A stretch of DNA of 64,000 nt from Chiloscyllium plagiosum (taxonomy: Eukaryota). Position numbers and translations under genes: made by a program. How positions within the stretch are numbered: the stretch's first letter is position 1; the number at the start of each line of letters is the position of its first letter. Location of the stretch: NCBI RefSeq assembly GCF_004010195.1, contig NC_057740.1:20108405-20172404 (forward strand), read 5' to 3'. Under the pieces are notes generated by a model that was given only the letters and a program-made list of their open reading frames with translations, ran no database searches and was not told the DNA's origin. Below are positions 13,926 through 27,489 of the stretch, piece by piece.

Positions 13926-14224
13926 TAACTTTGTCTCGTTGTTTAGACCTCTTAGCTAGGTATTATTTTGGCTTCCCCTCTTCTCTATTGTCACTAAATA
14001 GTGGGCATCCTTAGTATAGCACATCATCCAGAGTTCCACAGCAATTCCATAATGGCCATTACAATATCTTGTATAGATTCCTTCATACCTTCTGTTAGGA
14101 TATCTCCTGTTTCTCTAGTTATAGATTTCAAGATCCGTATAGCTTTTCTGATAGTGCAGACACACATTGTTTTTTCATTCAAACCTCTTTCTATGTCTCA
14201 GACAATTGCTCCAGATTGAAGATA

Positions 14225-14550
14225 ACTAGCTTCCATTCCAGGTCAATAGGTTTTGAGATGGCCAGTAAATCCAAAGCATAATCTACAGACTCTATCATAT
14301 GTGGGATATCTGCAAATTGAAGAGTCAGATACACGAATTGTTGGGAGGTTTGTGTGCTCTCTCTGCTTTTTCAGCACTGCCTTTGGATGTTCTTGAGAAG
14401 TACTTTGATGTACCTTCCTGAATAAATCCTCTCTGTTTGGCTCGGTCACATGCGAGGGGCCCCGAAGACTTTTGACCTCTTCATGGATATCCCTAAAGCT
14501 TTTCTGTCATCGTCTGGGGAGTTTCCAGTCAGGAACAAGTTCTGAGTAAA
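14225..14550 (-). mobile_element. RTE-type LINE 3' fragment
   Basis: ORF 14243-14449 ends in YPTYDRVCRLCFGFTGHLKTY, like the RTE C-terminal CPxCxRxCxSRIGLxSHLRTH motif. Confidence 0.65.
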
Positions 14551-14555
14551 TTTCT

Positions 14556-14890
14556 TCATAGAATTCCTACAGTGAAGAAAGAAGCCAATCAGGTGATTCA
14601 GTCTGTACCGACAATTTGAAGAGCATCACACCCCTTACTTGTGACCTCACATTGGGTTTTTAACCATGACTATCCCACTTGACCTGCATATCCCTGAAGA
14701 TCACAGGGCAACATTTACCATAGCCAATCTACCGAACCTGCAAATCCTTGGACAATGGGAAGAAACTGGAGCATTCGGTGGAAATCCATACAGACACAGG
14801 GAGAATGTGCAAAGTCCACACAGACAGTTACCCAAGTCTTGAATCAAACCTGTGTCCCTGGTACTACAAGGCAGCAGTGATAAGCACGTT
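14556..14890 (-). mobile_element. HE1-related SINE (diverged)
   Basis: Reverse complement of the V-SINE core (gagaatgtgcaaagtccacacagacag) and tRNA-like head. Confidence 0.8.
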
Positions 14891-16617
14891 CCTTGCAAAA
14901 TTAGGGTCAGACATGCAAACAACGTAACTTACTCTGTGGAACTGGCTCTACATACTTAAAGGTTTCAATAGGCTATTTGCCAGCACCCAAAATGATCTCC
15001 TGCTAATATTGAAATGAACATGTTCAGAGATGTTGTTACACATCTCTGGAATACTGAGGCTAAAACACTGGCCTCCTGGCTCAGAGATATGGACACTAAC
15101 ACAGGGCCATGAGATCTCCAAAGTTCTCTTCTGTTCTCTGTTCTTTAAACCAGAGGCAATTTTCCCTTTTTTTTGTTTGTGTGGGGCAGGCATGTTATCT
15201 TGTGAGTATCTTGCTGTCCTCACTGGAAAGACATCAAACTATATCGCCTGTCAATCAGATCATGAATCGCTGAGCTGAGTATGTCTCCATCAGAGCCCTC
15301 AATATTGTCAATTCTGGGTCCTAATGCCCACTGCTCATTCCCACCACACTCCCTGAGAGATACAGCAGCAAGAAGAAACCTTTTCTTTCTTCTCTTAGGG
15401 TGTGTGTCCCTGGGGAGGAGGGTCAAAGAGTTAGAGTCGGAGACAGAGAGTTGGCATTCAGAGGCTGCACCCTTTTCCACCATCGATACCTTCGATTGTC
15501 CCCAGAAAGGGAACGTGGTGAGTTAAGACTCTTAAATGACCATCAATTGAACCTTAGGTGCTGCTGAGTCCAGAAAGCCGACCACAGCCCTTCTCAAACA
15601 GAATTAATTGCAGAGGTAACAAGAAGATAGTGAGTTTCTCTCCAGGGCAAAGTCACTCAATTATTTCCCCTTCTTGCCACCTCTTTTGCTATCTTCAGAG
15701 GAAGGTAAATTCCATTCAAGTTCTTCAGACTGCAATCACTACCATTGTTTTAGTTTGACGTGGATAGGCATAATAGCTTATACATGTGGTAAGCCCATGT
15801 ACAGAAAGTTCAAGATGTGAAGAATGACTCAAATTTTTTCAGCATTAACATTTAGGAAAGGAAAACAATGGCCTTCAGCTTGATTTAGGGTGGAGCCAAA
15901 TCTCCACACCTTTTATTTATGTCTGTAGCTATGGACTACTGAAGATATTCAGCACAACATCCAGTTGTTTCAGTGTGCAAAATAAGGTGTAGCTATTTGA
16001 AAATATCATACATATTTTCTATTGATCTTTACAGAATGTTTGTTCCGACTGAATGGATGAGTAGAAAAGAGCTTGGTAGCATCACAGGTAAGAGGTTATG
16101 ACAAGTGTCAGGTCTTGTCTTGAATATTCTCTCATGCATTGAAGCAGTAAACACTTATAAGTGTCAAATGTCGGGGTTTTGAGGGCATTTAGTATACATT
16201 TACTATTTTGCACTATTTTGCATTATAGCATTTGGGGTTTTTTACACTGCTCAATATCTAACCATATGATGGCATAAAACAAAAACGTAACAATCAAACT
16301 CTCACGATATAAATTGAATATTCATGTCTTCTACAAAATGCTCCTCAATATGCATCTTCAAATTTTTAAGAGCTAAGAAAATGTTTTCTCAGAACAAGAT
16401 GACATACATTTGTTATTGCTCTAAGAAGCCAACATTTAATGGCAACTCTGCCATTAGATAGCACCAGTGAAGAGCTGACACTTATCAGTTGCTCAGCAGC
16501 ATCAGAGCACATCTTTGAGCCACTTATGACTTTTGCATAGCTGCTTTCTCAGGGCTGCTTGCTTATATCTAACAACAACTCCCAGATTTCCACAAATCCA
16601 GAGTTTCTGTTCATTTT

Positions 16618-16868
16618 AGAATCATAGAATCCCTACAATATGGAAAGAGGTCTACCCTGCCTCCAAAATTACAATGGCTAATCCATCCAGCTGGAATATT
16701 CCTGGACACTTTAGCATGGCCATTCCTGCACATCTTTGAACTATGGGAGGAAACCAGAGGAAACCAACTGTCTGTGTGGAGTTTGTCCACACAGACAGTC
16801 ACCTGAGTCTGGAATCAAACATGGGACCCTGGCACAGTGAGGCAGCAACCGTGCCACTGTCTTACCCA
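16618..16868 (-). mobile_element. HE1-related SINE, rearranged/deleted
   Basis: tagaatcatagaatccctacaatatggaaa tail and cacctgagtctggaatcaaac...ggcagcaaccgtgcc head. Confidence 0.7.
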
Positions 16869-19129
16869 TTTGCCTTGCAATGATTCACATGTAATGACAA
16901 AATCTAACACAGCAGCTGAGAAAGTCCATGGCTGGAATAATCAACAACATTCTTAAAAAAAGTTCATTCATCCTATCTGCATGTATTAATGGATCCTTTA
17001 AAACATTCCAGCTTTTGTTAAAAACTAACCTGTTCTTCATTGGTCTATACCCTGTGTGTGTACCATGTTTGGTTGAAATTGTCTATTAGTTTTTTGTTTA
17101 CATTGCTTCTGAATAAACTGAATCAAAAAATACCTTCTTCCACCTTCGATAGTAAAAGTAAAGACTTTGAAATATGCCATAGCAAGATAATAGAAAAGTC
17201 TCAATGGTCTGTAAAGAGCCCAAGTGTCAGCTAAAAAAAATCTCCATAATGGTTAAACCTAGTTATCTCAAAACTGTGCAAAGAGGAGAATGAACTGAAG
17301 AGGGAGGAGGAAAGGACAGGCATTAAAGAGCAGCTAAAAGGGGCTTTCTCCAAATTGGGGAATTATATGAAGGAAGTATTTGACTTTGGAAACTCATGGC
17401 GCTGAAGAGAATTTCTACAATTTTCATTCATGGAAATGTTTTGAAATTTGTTATCAGAATCCAAAACATTTAGACATTCTGCTCATTCTCCACCCAGAGA
17501 TGATTAATCAAGGAGATATTAGGGAGGAGTGCTACAAATTCCTAAGAAGTTTGGAAATGTTGTTCCCTTCTTTGCAATCTCCAGAAACAGAAATACTATT
17601 TTTTGCTTAATCAGGTCAGAAATAAGGGGTTTCCTTTCTTATAAATACACTTAAAACTGACAGCAGTGAAAAAAGAACTTCTTGAATTAGAATCATACAG
17701 AACAGGAAAAAAAAATCATTCCATTTAGCTCTGTGAAGGAGTTTTCACTTAGTCCTACCTCTAGCTCTTTCCCTGAGCGACAGAAATTAACACACTTCAA
17801 GGGGAGGCGGGGAATGTGTGGGGAGGGTTGATGGGTTGTATTCCCGGAAAGGAAGTTAGCTTGAAGCTGCTTTTATATTGGAAACCTGCTGCCATGGGAA
17901 TATATGGCCACTGGTCTAAATGGACGAACTGTGAGACTTCTGCTTCAGAGAGCTCTCACCCTTGGGAGCTGTTGGTCAATCTCATTGTCAACACCAGCAA
18001 GTGTGTGCAGCCATTACAGCTCTCAGGCTGCTTAGAACTTGGCCTAAAGTACTTCCAAGTATTGGGCATATTTTGGTGTGGGCAACATACTTATTTATTA
18101 TTGATTTGCTTTTGCTTTCTCTGCGTTGTAAGCTGTATCCTCAAAACCTTCAGTTATTCATGCACTGGGACACTCAGATCTCTCCCGATCTTAGGCCTCT
18201 GAAACCTCTCACCATTTGGATAATTTATCTGATGTCATCACCCTTTCAAGCAGTTCATTTCAGACCATAACTTCATATCTCAATAAAATTATCCAACATT
18301 CCTCACTGATTCATTTCGCAGCTGTATAAAATCCATGTCCACCAGACACTGATTTTGTCCTCAGCAGAAGCATTCCTCCCCTTTCTTTGCTATCAAAATG
18401 TTTCATACCTTTATTAAATTGCCTCGAGATCTTTAATGCACCTGGGAAAACAATCTCCCTGCTCTCAAAATCTGATTTTCATTCCAGTAAATCTCTTCCC
18501 CACTGCCTTCAAAGCCTTAAAATCTTTCAGAGTGCTCCACCCATGTTAGATCACAATTTCCCAGCTCAGGCCTACAACCAGAAGATTGTAATATTTCACA
18601 TAATGTAATTGGTTTTGCACTCTATGTCTTTATTCATAAAGCCGATGATCCCATATAGTTCAGTAGCATATTTATTCATCACGTTCAATGTAATTGTGCA
18701 TTCCAAAGCATTTAATGCACATGAACATTATGAAAGAAAGTATGATGGAGAGCTACATAAGGTGTTGTTATGTCAGTTAATCAAGAGGTTGATTAAAGAG
18801 GTAGATTTTAAACAGGGCTTTAAAGCAAGGGAGTGAAATAGAGGTGCATAGAGTTGTAGAGAGGTTAAGGGACGAGTAAAATGCTGGCAGAGTTGGCAGG
18901 GTAGTCAGCATTCTGGCTCCTGAGCCTGTCTGTTCCCCAGCACCAGGCCACCACAGCCTTCTTCCTCCCTTTCTACTTTTGTCTTTCATCTTCATAGTTT
19001 TCTTCTTTTTGGCAGCGATGGCAAAAGAAGGCGGCATCAAGAGTGGAAGCATGCAGCGCAGGATGGTGAGAACAACAGCAGGCAGCAAGGGACAGCAAGG
19101 GAGAGACCAGGCAGGAAGGGACGATGAGG

Positions 19130-21090
19130 GAGGGAATAGGCAGCACAGGATGGTGAGGGAGAGGGAAGGCAGAAATGGACAGAGAGAGAGAGAGAGTAAG
19201 CAGCACGGGACGGTGAGGGAGGGAGTAGGCAGCATGGGACGGTGAGTGGGGGAGTAGGTAGCATGGGACGGTGAGTGGGGGAGTAGGCTGCACGGGACAG
19301 TGAGGGAGGGAGTAGGCAGCACGGGACGGTGAGTGAGGGAGTAGGCAGCACGGGACGGTGAGTGAGGGAGTAGGCAGCACGGGACGGTGAGTGAGGGAGT
19401 AGGCATCACGGGACAGTGAGTGAGGGAGTAGGCATCACGGGACGGTGAGGGAGAGAGTAGGCAGCATGGGACGGTGAGGGAGGGAGTTGACTGCACGGGA
19501 CGGTGAGTGAGGGAGTAGGCATCACGGGACAGTGAGTGAGGGAGTAGGCATCACGGGACGGTGAGGGAGGGAATAGGCAGCACGGAACGGCCAAGGAAAG
19601 AGAGCAGGCAGCATGGGACGGCGAGAGAGAGGTTAGGCAGCAGGGAACGGTGAGAGAGAGAGTAAACAGCACGGGACAGTGAGTGAGGAAGTAAATAGCA
19701 TGGGATGGTTACAGAGGGAGTTGGCAGTACGGGATGGTGAGAGAGGGAGTAGGCAGCACAGGAGAGTGAGAGAGGGAGTAGGCAGCACAGGACAGTGAGA
19801 GAGTGAGTAGGCAGCACAGGACAGTGAGGGAGGGTGTAGGCACCACGGGACGATGAGGGAGAGAGTAGGCAGCATGGGACAGTGAGTGAGGGAGTAGGCA
19901 GCACGGGACGATGAGGGAGAGAGTAGGCAGCATTGGACAGTCAGTGAGGGAGTCGGCAGCATGGGACAGTGAGAGAGGGAGTAGGCAGCATTTTTTTTAG
20001 ATTAGATTACTTACAGTGTGGAAACAGGCCCTTCGGCCCAACAAGCCCACACCGACCCGCCAAAGCACAACCCACCCAGACCCATTCCCCTACATTTATC
20101 CCTTCACCTAACACTACGGGCAATTTAGCATGGCCAATTCACCTAACCTGCACATTTTTGGTCTGTGGGAGGAAACCGGAGCACCCGAAGGAAACCCACG
20201 CAGACACGGGGAGAACGTGCAAACTCCACACAGTCAGTCGCCTGAGGCGGGAATTGAACCCAGGTCTCTGGTGCTGTGAGGCAACAGTGCTAACCACTGT
20301 GCCACCGTGCCGCCCAGCATGGGACGGTGTGGGAGGGAGTAGGCAGCATGGGACGGTGAGTGAGGGAGTAGGCAGCATGGGACGGTGAGTGAGGGAGTAG
20401 ACAGCATGGGACGGTGAGTGAGGGAGTAGGCAGCACGGGACGGTGAGTGAGGGTGTAGGCAGTATGGGACGGTGAGGGAGAGAGCAGGCCGCACGAGACG
20501 GTGAGTGAGGGAGTAGGCAGCANNNNNNNNNNNNNNNNNNNNNNNNNNNNNNNNNNNNNNNNNNNNNNNNNNNNNNNNNNNNNNNNNNNNNNNNNNNNNN
20601 NNNNNNNNNNNNNNNNNNNNNNNNNNNNNNNNNNNNNNNNNNNNNNNNNNNNNNNNNNNNNNNNNNNNNNNNNNNNNNNNNNNNNNNNNNNNNNNNNNNN
20701 NNNNNNNNNNNNNNNNNNNNNNNNNNNNNNNNNNNNNNNNNNNNNNNNNNNNNNNNNNNNNNNNNNNNNNNNNNNNNNNNNNNNNNNNNNNNNNNNNNNN
20801 NNNNNNNNNNNNNNNNNNNNNNNNNNNNNNNNNNNNNNNNNNNNNTGAGGGAGAGAGTAGGCAGCACAGGACGGTGAGAGAGAGTAGGCAGCACGGGACA
20901 GTGAGTGAGGGAGTAGGCAGCACGGGACGGTGAGTGAGGGAGTAGGCAGTATGGGACGGTGAGATAGGGAGTAGGCAGCACGGGACGGTGAGGGAGAGAG
21001 TAGGCAGCATGGGACGGTGAGGGAGGGAGTAGGCAGCACAGGACGATGAGGGACGGAGTAGGCAGCACAGGACGATGAGGAACAGAGTAG
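19130..21090. repeat. 29-bp G-rich minisatellite, consensus GGGAGTAGGCAGCACGGGACGGTGAGTGA, >=45 copies, contains a gap and a SINE
   Basis: acgggac recurs at 19321, 19350 and 19379 (period 29). The repeat explains the many periodic ORFs on the minus strand. Confidence 0.95.
19991..20315 (-). mobile_element. young full-length HE1-type SINE inserted in the minisatellite
   Basis: Near-consensus sequence from ttagattagattacttacagtgtggaaac to gccaccgtgccgccc; short cagcat-like target duplication. Confidence 0.93.
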
Positions 21091-21639
21091 GTAGTCTGGG
21101 GTGGCATCTGTGAGAGCAGGAATGGACAGCCCAAGGCAGTGTGTGTGTAAGGTCAAACCTGAAGTGGGAGAGATCCAACCCCTGTGAGGAGTACAAATTC
21201 AGCATGACCAGGCTTTTATGGACTTCGGTGTTGATCTGTTAACGATGTTTCCCAATGTTTAACATGAAGGATGTAATGTTTAACTTTTTAACTTTGTTTT
21301 TTGTATTTTTTTACTTTGTAGCTAAGATTCTGAACCTTAGGTACATTTATATCAAAGATGGCGCCATCACTGACAATGTGTAAACTCTCCACATGCACTG
21401 AGTCCATGTGACAATAAACCTAATTCAGTTCAAATTCCAGCATTCAGAAATTACATGCAGAAGAGACCAGGTTACAGGAGCACAAACATCTCTTGAGTGT
21501 TGTGCGCCTGGAAGACATAGGATGTGGTGAGGCCATGAAAGGATTTCACAACACGAGTGAGAATTATAACAATAATCACAGGGTAAGAATTTCAAAATCA
21601 AGATGCTGCTTCACTGGGAGCCAATTTTGACCCAGTTAG

Positions 21640-21768
21640 AGACAAAAAAGTCTACAGATGCTGGAATCCAAAGTAGGCTGGCAGAAGGCTGGAAGAACAC
21701 AACAAGCCCGGCAGCATGAGGAGGTTGAGATATCAACGTTTCGGGTGTAACTCTTTTTCAGGACTGAC
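21640..21768 (-). mobile_element. Penelope-like pLTR fragment
   Basis: cagatgctggaatc...ggcagcat...caacgtttcgggtgtaactctttttcagga; the reverse complement has a degenerate CTGAnnA..GAAAC core. Confidence 0.55.
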
Positions 21769-22097
21769 CCAGTGACAGCAAAAAACGATGATATATTTCC
21801 AAGTCAAGGTGGTGAGTGGCTTGGAGGGGAACTTGCAGGGGGTGGTGTTCCCATGTATCCGCTGCCATTGTCCTTTTCGATGGAAGTGGGCATGGGTTTG
21901 GAAGGGGCTGTCTATTGATTAGGGAAGAGTTGTTGTGAATTAAAGCATGGACATAGAGTGTTAGATGACATCAGGTTTACAAAGAATAGAATGTGTGAGA
22001 GTAATTAGGAGTGTATTGGAACACATAAATCTTGAGGTCATGAAATACTAATAAGGGTTTCAGCAGCAATGAGTTCAGGCAGGTGTGAAGCTGGGTA

Positions 22098-22335
22098 ACA
22101 TAGAAACAGAAAGAATTGGAGCAGAGTAGGGAATACGGCCCTTTGAGCCTGCTCCACCTTTCAATATGATCATGGCTGATCATCTAACTCAGTATCCTAT
22201 TCCTGCTTTCTCCCCACATCCTTTGATCCCTTTAGCCCTAAGAACTGTATTGAAAGTCTTCAATATTTTGCCTCCTCAGTTTGCAGTGGCAGAGAATTCC
22301 ACAGACTCACTACGTTTTGGGTAAAGAGATTTCTC
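22098..22335 (-). mobile_element. CR1 3' end fragment
   Basis: acatagaaacagaaagaattggagcagag...agagaattccacagactcactac, typical CR1 3' UTR. Confidence 0.75.
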
Positions 22336-23169
22336 CTGATCTCCCTGAGTTATGTTATATGAAACCCCTTTTACAGGAAATTGAATTGAGGGGGGGATTT
22401 GATTAAGGTTTACATGATTATGACTGGTTTGGATAAGGTGGATAAAGAAAAACTGTTCCCATTACAGAAGTAGAAATAACCAGTCTTTTTGATGACACCA
22501 TTACGAGGTCAGATGCTCACCTTTAATCAGATGTGACAACCAGTTTGCAACAGATCGGCTTAATCTCAGGTTGTTGTCAGGGAGAGTGGAATCCGTTGTT
22601 ATGAGCTGGGGAATGGAGATTGGAAACAGTGCCTTCAATCTTCATAATATTTAATTAGTGGCAATTTCTGTTCTACCAGTGCTGCATGTCAGATCAGCAG
22701 TTAAGCAATTGTGACGATGATTATTTATAATATATGATAATAACTGGGTAATCTGGTTTTATGTGTTGATTGAAGGAGAAATAATAGTGAACTCCCCAAC
22801 TCCACTTTAAAATAATGCATGGCTTTTATTTAACATTTCATCCAAAGGAAATACTGAAACAGAGGCATCCCTCAATACCCCACTGCAGTTCAATATATGC
22901 TCACCTCTTCAGCGATTTAGCCTTTCAAGTCAAACAGCATTACTCACTGATCTAAGTGTTGCAAGGTTTTGTCAAGAGCCTGGATGTCCACTCCGCATCA
23001 GTCAACATTTGCACAAAGGCTCTGGTCATTATTCATATGGAATGTTATTATGTTATTTTTTTCCCCCCAGCTCTTGAATATGCAATTAATAACATATAAC
23101 ATGAACAAAGAACAAGATAGGCCATTCAGCCTTTCTGTTCAAATTATCTGCCATGTCTTTATCCTCCAT

Positions 23170-24090
23170 TAGCATCTCTTCCACTTCCCATACCTCTGCC
23201 TTTGAACTTCACCCCTCCAACCACAAAGAATAGAACCCCTGATCCTCACTTTCCACCCCACCAATCTTTGGATACAGCGCCTTATCCTCCACCATTTCTG
23301 CCACCTACAATCAGACTCCCCCCACCAAAGATATATTTCCCTCCCAATCCCTACCTGCATTCTGCAGAGACCATTCCCTCTGCAACTCCCTCATTAGGTC
23401 CATGACCCTCACCAACCATCGTCCACTCCCAGCACCTTCCCCTGCTGCCACAAGAGGTGTAAAACCTGCGCCCACATCTCCCCTCACCTCCATCCAAGGC
23501 CCCAAGGAATCCTTCCACATCCAGCAGAGATTTCAGACTCCCCCCACCAAAGATATATTTCCCTCCCAATCCCTACCTGCATTCTGCAGAGACCATTCCC
23601 TCTGCAACTCCCTCATTATGTCCATGACCCCCACCAACCATCGTCCACTCCCAGCACCTTCCCCTGGTGTAAAACCTGCGCCCACATCTCCCCTCACCTC
23701 CATCCAAGGCCCCAAGGAATCCATCCACATCCAGCAGAGATTTTCCTGCACTTCCACACACGTCATCTACTGTGTCTGTTGCTCTCGATGAGGTCACCTC
23801 TACATTGTGGAAACAGGACGCCAACTAGTGGATCGTTTCAGGGAACATATCTGGGATACGTGCACCAAACAACTCCACCGTCCTGTGGCTGACCACTTCA
23901 ACTCCCCCTCCTACTCTCCCAAGGGCATGCATCAACATCGATTTCACAAGTTTCCTTCCCTCTACCCACCTCATCCCAGATCCAACCCTAAAACTCGGCA
24001 CCGACCTCTTGAACTGTCCTACCTGTACATCTTCCTTCCCACTTATCCCACCCCTCCGACCTATCACCATCACCCTCCACCAATTCATTA
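23170..24090 (+). mobile_element. Penelope-like element, GIY-YIG endonuclease region, with internal ~222-bp tandem duplication
   Basis: IQGPKESIHIQQRFSCTSTHVIYCVCCSR*GHLYIVETGRQLVDRFREH (VIY...YIG-type motif); 23311-23532 is repeated at 23533-23742. Confidence 0.85.
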
Positions 24091-24139
24091 GCTCTGTTTT
24101 CATGTCCTCATAATTGTCCTTGTTTAAATTCAAAACAGT

Positions 24140-24520
24140 AGTCATAGAGTCATAGAGTCCTACAGCACAGAGACATGCCCTTCAGCTCAAACTGGTCAAT
24201 GCCGATCAAAATGTCCATCAACATTAACCCATTTCCCTGCACTTGGCCCATATCCTTCTAAATCTTGCCAATCCATGTATTTGTCCAAATGCCTTTTAAA
24301 TATTGTTAATGTACGCACCTCAACCACTTCTGCTGGCAGCTCATTCCATACACATACTACCCTCTGTGTATAAAAAGTTGCCCCTCAGGTTCCTTTTTAT
24401 TCTTTCCCTCTAATTTTAAACTGATGCCATCTCGTCCTCGATTCCTCAACCCTGGGAAAAAAGTCTGAGTGTATTCACCCTATCCATGCCTCTCATGATT
24501 TTTTGCACTTTTATAAGATA
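24140..24520 (-). mobile_element. CR1 3' fragment
   Basis: (gtcataga)n tail and ORF2 C-terminal sequence. Confidence 0.8.
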
Positions 24521-24699
24521 GCGTCAAACTCAAAGAAAACTCAGACAATTGTGTAAAGTAAGTGGTAGATCAGAAGACAGTACATAATATAAAATGCAAA
24601 GAATTACGAAAAGACTAATGAGGGAACAGTTAGAATCCAAGAGAAAGTTCGTGTAGTGAGTGGAACGAGATTGGCCAGGTGGATCTCATTGAGTATGAT

Positions 24700-27410
24700 C
24701 TCGGACCCACACTTAAACTGGATGTAAAAATCAATCACATTATCCAAGGTATGCTTTCACTAAGAGGTCAGTAATTAATCCTATCTTATTGATCAATACC
24801 AGGTCTCGTATAGCCTGCTCTCTGGCTGATACCATAATGTGCCTGTCTAAGCAACTGATCCAAAACCATGCAACAATTTCGTTGAACAGTCTATATTTTT
24901 TCCCATCTGATTTTTCTGGGTCTGCGTGTAGGTTAAAATTCCCCCTGGTAATTGCTGTATTCTTTTGTCAAGTTCCCATTACTTCTTCCTTGATGCCCTC
25001 TTCTACCACAGCTGATAGGGGGCCTGTACACAATTCCCACAAGGGACTCTTACCTTTATCATTTCTCATTTTGACTAAAACTGCTTCTAAAACCTGACTT
25101 GCTGAATTTAAGTCATCTCTCTCCACTGTGCTGGTATGACCTTTATTTAACAGTGCCACTCCTTCACTTTTGCCTAGCTCCCTGTCTTTCCTAAATGTCA
25201 CAAGCCTTTCAGTTTTCAGTTCCCAAACTAGGTCACCCTGCAGCCACATTTCAGATGGCCATTAGATTGTAACTATTCATCTCAATTTATACTATTCATT
25301 CACCCCCTCATAAAAAATGCTACATGCACTCAAATGTGATGCCTTAAGTTTTGTCCTTTAATCAGTTTTGAAAGCTCTAGTTCTATCGGCTGATGTGGTC
25401 TTAGATCTGAATTCTCTGCCTCTTCCTGTTTATCATTTCCCACATTAATTCCTTCTTCTGTTGCAGTTTCCATAACATCCCAAATTTGGACTCTAAAGTC
25501 TGTTCCATAGTTTAGTACCGAGCTCCTCATACTGGCTATGCAGAATCCACTTCGAACTATGTCACTGGTGCTGGTATGAAACACGCCAATTGGATCCTCC
25601 CCTTCCCACTGCCATGGCTCAATACACGCTCAATGACTTGGCTTACACAGCCCTCTGCCACTATGCATTCCACAGAGTCACCACCCTCTGGCTGATGAAA
25701 GTCCTCCTTATCTTAGTTCTAAAGAGTTGACCCTTTGCTCTGAGGCTATGTTCTTGGTTTCTAGTCTCTCTTACTAGTGGAAACATCTTCTCCACACATC
25801 CACTCAAACCAAGTCTCTCAGTATTCTGTAAGTTTCAATGAGATCCCCTTCATCCTTCTAAACCCCATCAAATACAGACTCCTCAAATGACAAGCTTTTC
25901 ATTCTTTAGATCATTCTTGTACACCTCATCTGGACCCCCTCCAACATCACTACATCCTTTCTTGGATATGGGGCCAAATATGCAGCTTATAATATTCCAA
26001 ATATGGTCTGGCCAGAGCCTTATAGAACCTCAGCAGTACATCTTTGCTCCAGTATTTTATCCCTCTTGAAATGAATGCTAACATTCCATTTGCCATCCTT
26101 ACTGTCAATTGAGCCTGCCAATTAACATTAAGAGAATCCTGCTCTAGGACTCTCAAGTCTCTTTGTGCTTCAGATATCTGAAGCTTTTCCCCATTTAGAT
26201 AATAGTCCATTCCTCAATTCTTCCCACCAAAGTGCATAACTTTGCATTTTCACCCATTGTATTCCATCTGCATCTTTTTTGCCCAGTTTGCTAACTTATC
26301 CAAGTCCTTCTGTAGCCTCCCACCTGCTCAGCACTACCTGTCCTGCCACTTGTCTTTGTGTCATCTGCAAACTTAGCAACAATGTCCTCAGTTCCTCTGT
26401 CCGGATTGTTAATGTATAACGTATAATCTACAGTTGTGGTCCAAACACTGACCCCTGTGGAACTCCACTAGTCACTGGCTGCCATCCTGAAAAAGAACCT
26501 GTTATCCCTGCTCTCTGCCTTCTGCCAGTCAGCCAATCCTCTATCCATATCAGTACTTTGCCCCTAACACCATGGTCTTATCTTCTTTCACAGTCTCCTG
26601 TGTGGCATTTTGTCAATGGCCTTCTGGAAATCCAAATAGATCATGTCCACTGGATCTCCTTTGACTAATTTGTTCAGTACTTCCTGAAAGAATTCTGACA
26701 CATTTGCCAGGCATCACCTCCTTTCATGAAGCAGTGTTGACTCTGCCCTATTTTACCATGCACTCCTAAGTACTCCTCTTAATAATGGACTCTAAAATCT
26801 TATCAACAACTCAGGTCAGGCTAACCAGCGTATCATCTCCTAACTTCTGCCTCCCTCCCTTTTTAAATAGGGGTGTTATATCAGCAACTTTCCAGTCCTC
26901 TGTATGCTTCCTGACTCCAGTGATTCCTAAAAGCTCATTATCAATGCTTCTACAATCTCCTCAGCTATCTCCTTCAGAATTCTGGAGTGTAGTCCATCTG
27001 GTTCAGCTTATTTATCTACCTTCAGACTTTTCAGTTTCCCCAGAAACTTCTCCTTAGTGATGGTCACGACACTTACCTCTGCCCCCTGACTTTCTTGAAG
27101 TTCTAGTATGCTACTGGTGTCTTCCATCATGAAGACTAATACAAAGTACCTGTTCGGTTCATCCACTATTTATTTGCTCTCCATTACCAGTTCTCTAGCC
27201 TCATTTTCCTGTGGACCAATGTCCAATTTTGCCTCTCTCTTGCCTTTCATATATCTAAAAAATCTCTTTTTATCTTCCTTTATATTACTAACTAACATAC
27301 CCTCATATTTCAGCTTCTCCTGCCTTATTGCTTTTTTAGTTGTCCTCAGCTGGTTTTTAAAGGCTTCGAAATCCTCTGGTTTACCACTATCGTCACCACA
27401 TCTTCTGTAA
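24700..27410 (-). mobile_element. decayed CR1 segments (endonuclease ~24700-25330; RT ~25650-27410)
   Basis: FRKDRELGKSEGVALL, YYLNGEKLQISEAQRDL, ANGMLAFISRGIKY, SNIKEDKKRFFRYMKGKR are CR1 ORF2 motifs. Confidence 0.85.
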
Positions 27411-27489
27411 ATATTCACTTATTTTGCCCGACAGGTCACACAAAATAAATTGTTGATCCTTTTGCCTATCTGATGTTTAGATTCTGAAT

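Larger units (their letters stand above)
18660..22760 (-). mobile_element. old LINE (L2-like) fragments split by younger insertions
   Basis: Purine-rich decayed segments at ~18660-18900, 21440-21640, 21910-22097 and 22480-22720 look like pieces of one decayed LINE; family call is tentative. Confidence 0.4.

Noticed and set aside
19130-21090. Regular ~29-bp repeats as a CRISPR array
   Set aside because: Head-to-tail repeats with no unique spacers, no cas genes, and vertebrate context.
18777-21205. Long Pro/Ser/Cys/Leu-rich ORFs (up to 331 aa)
   Set aside because: They are translations of the 29-bp minisatellite in all frames and run through N gaps.
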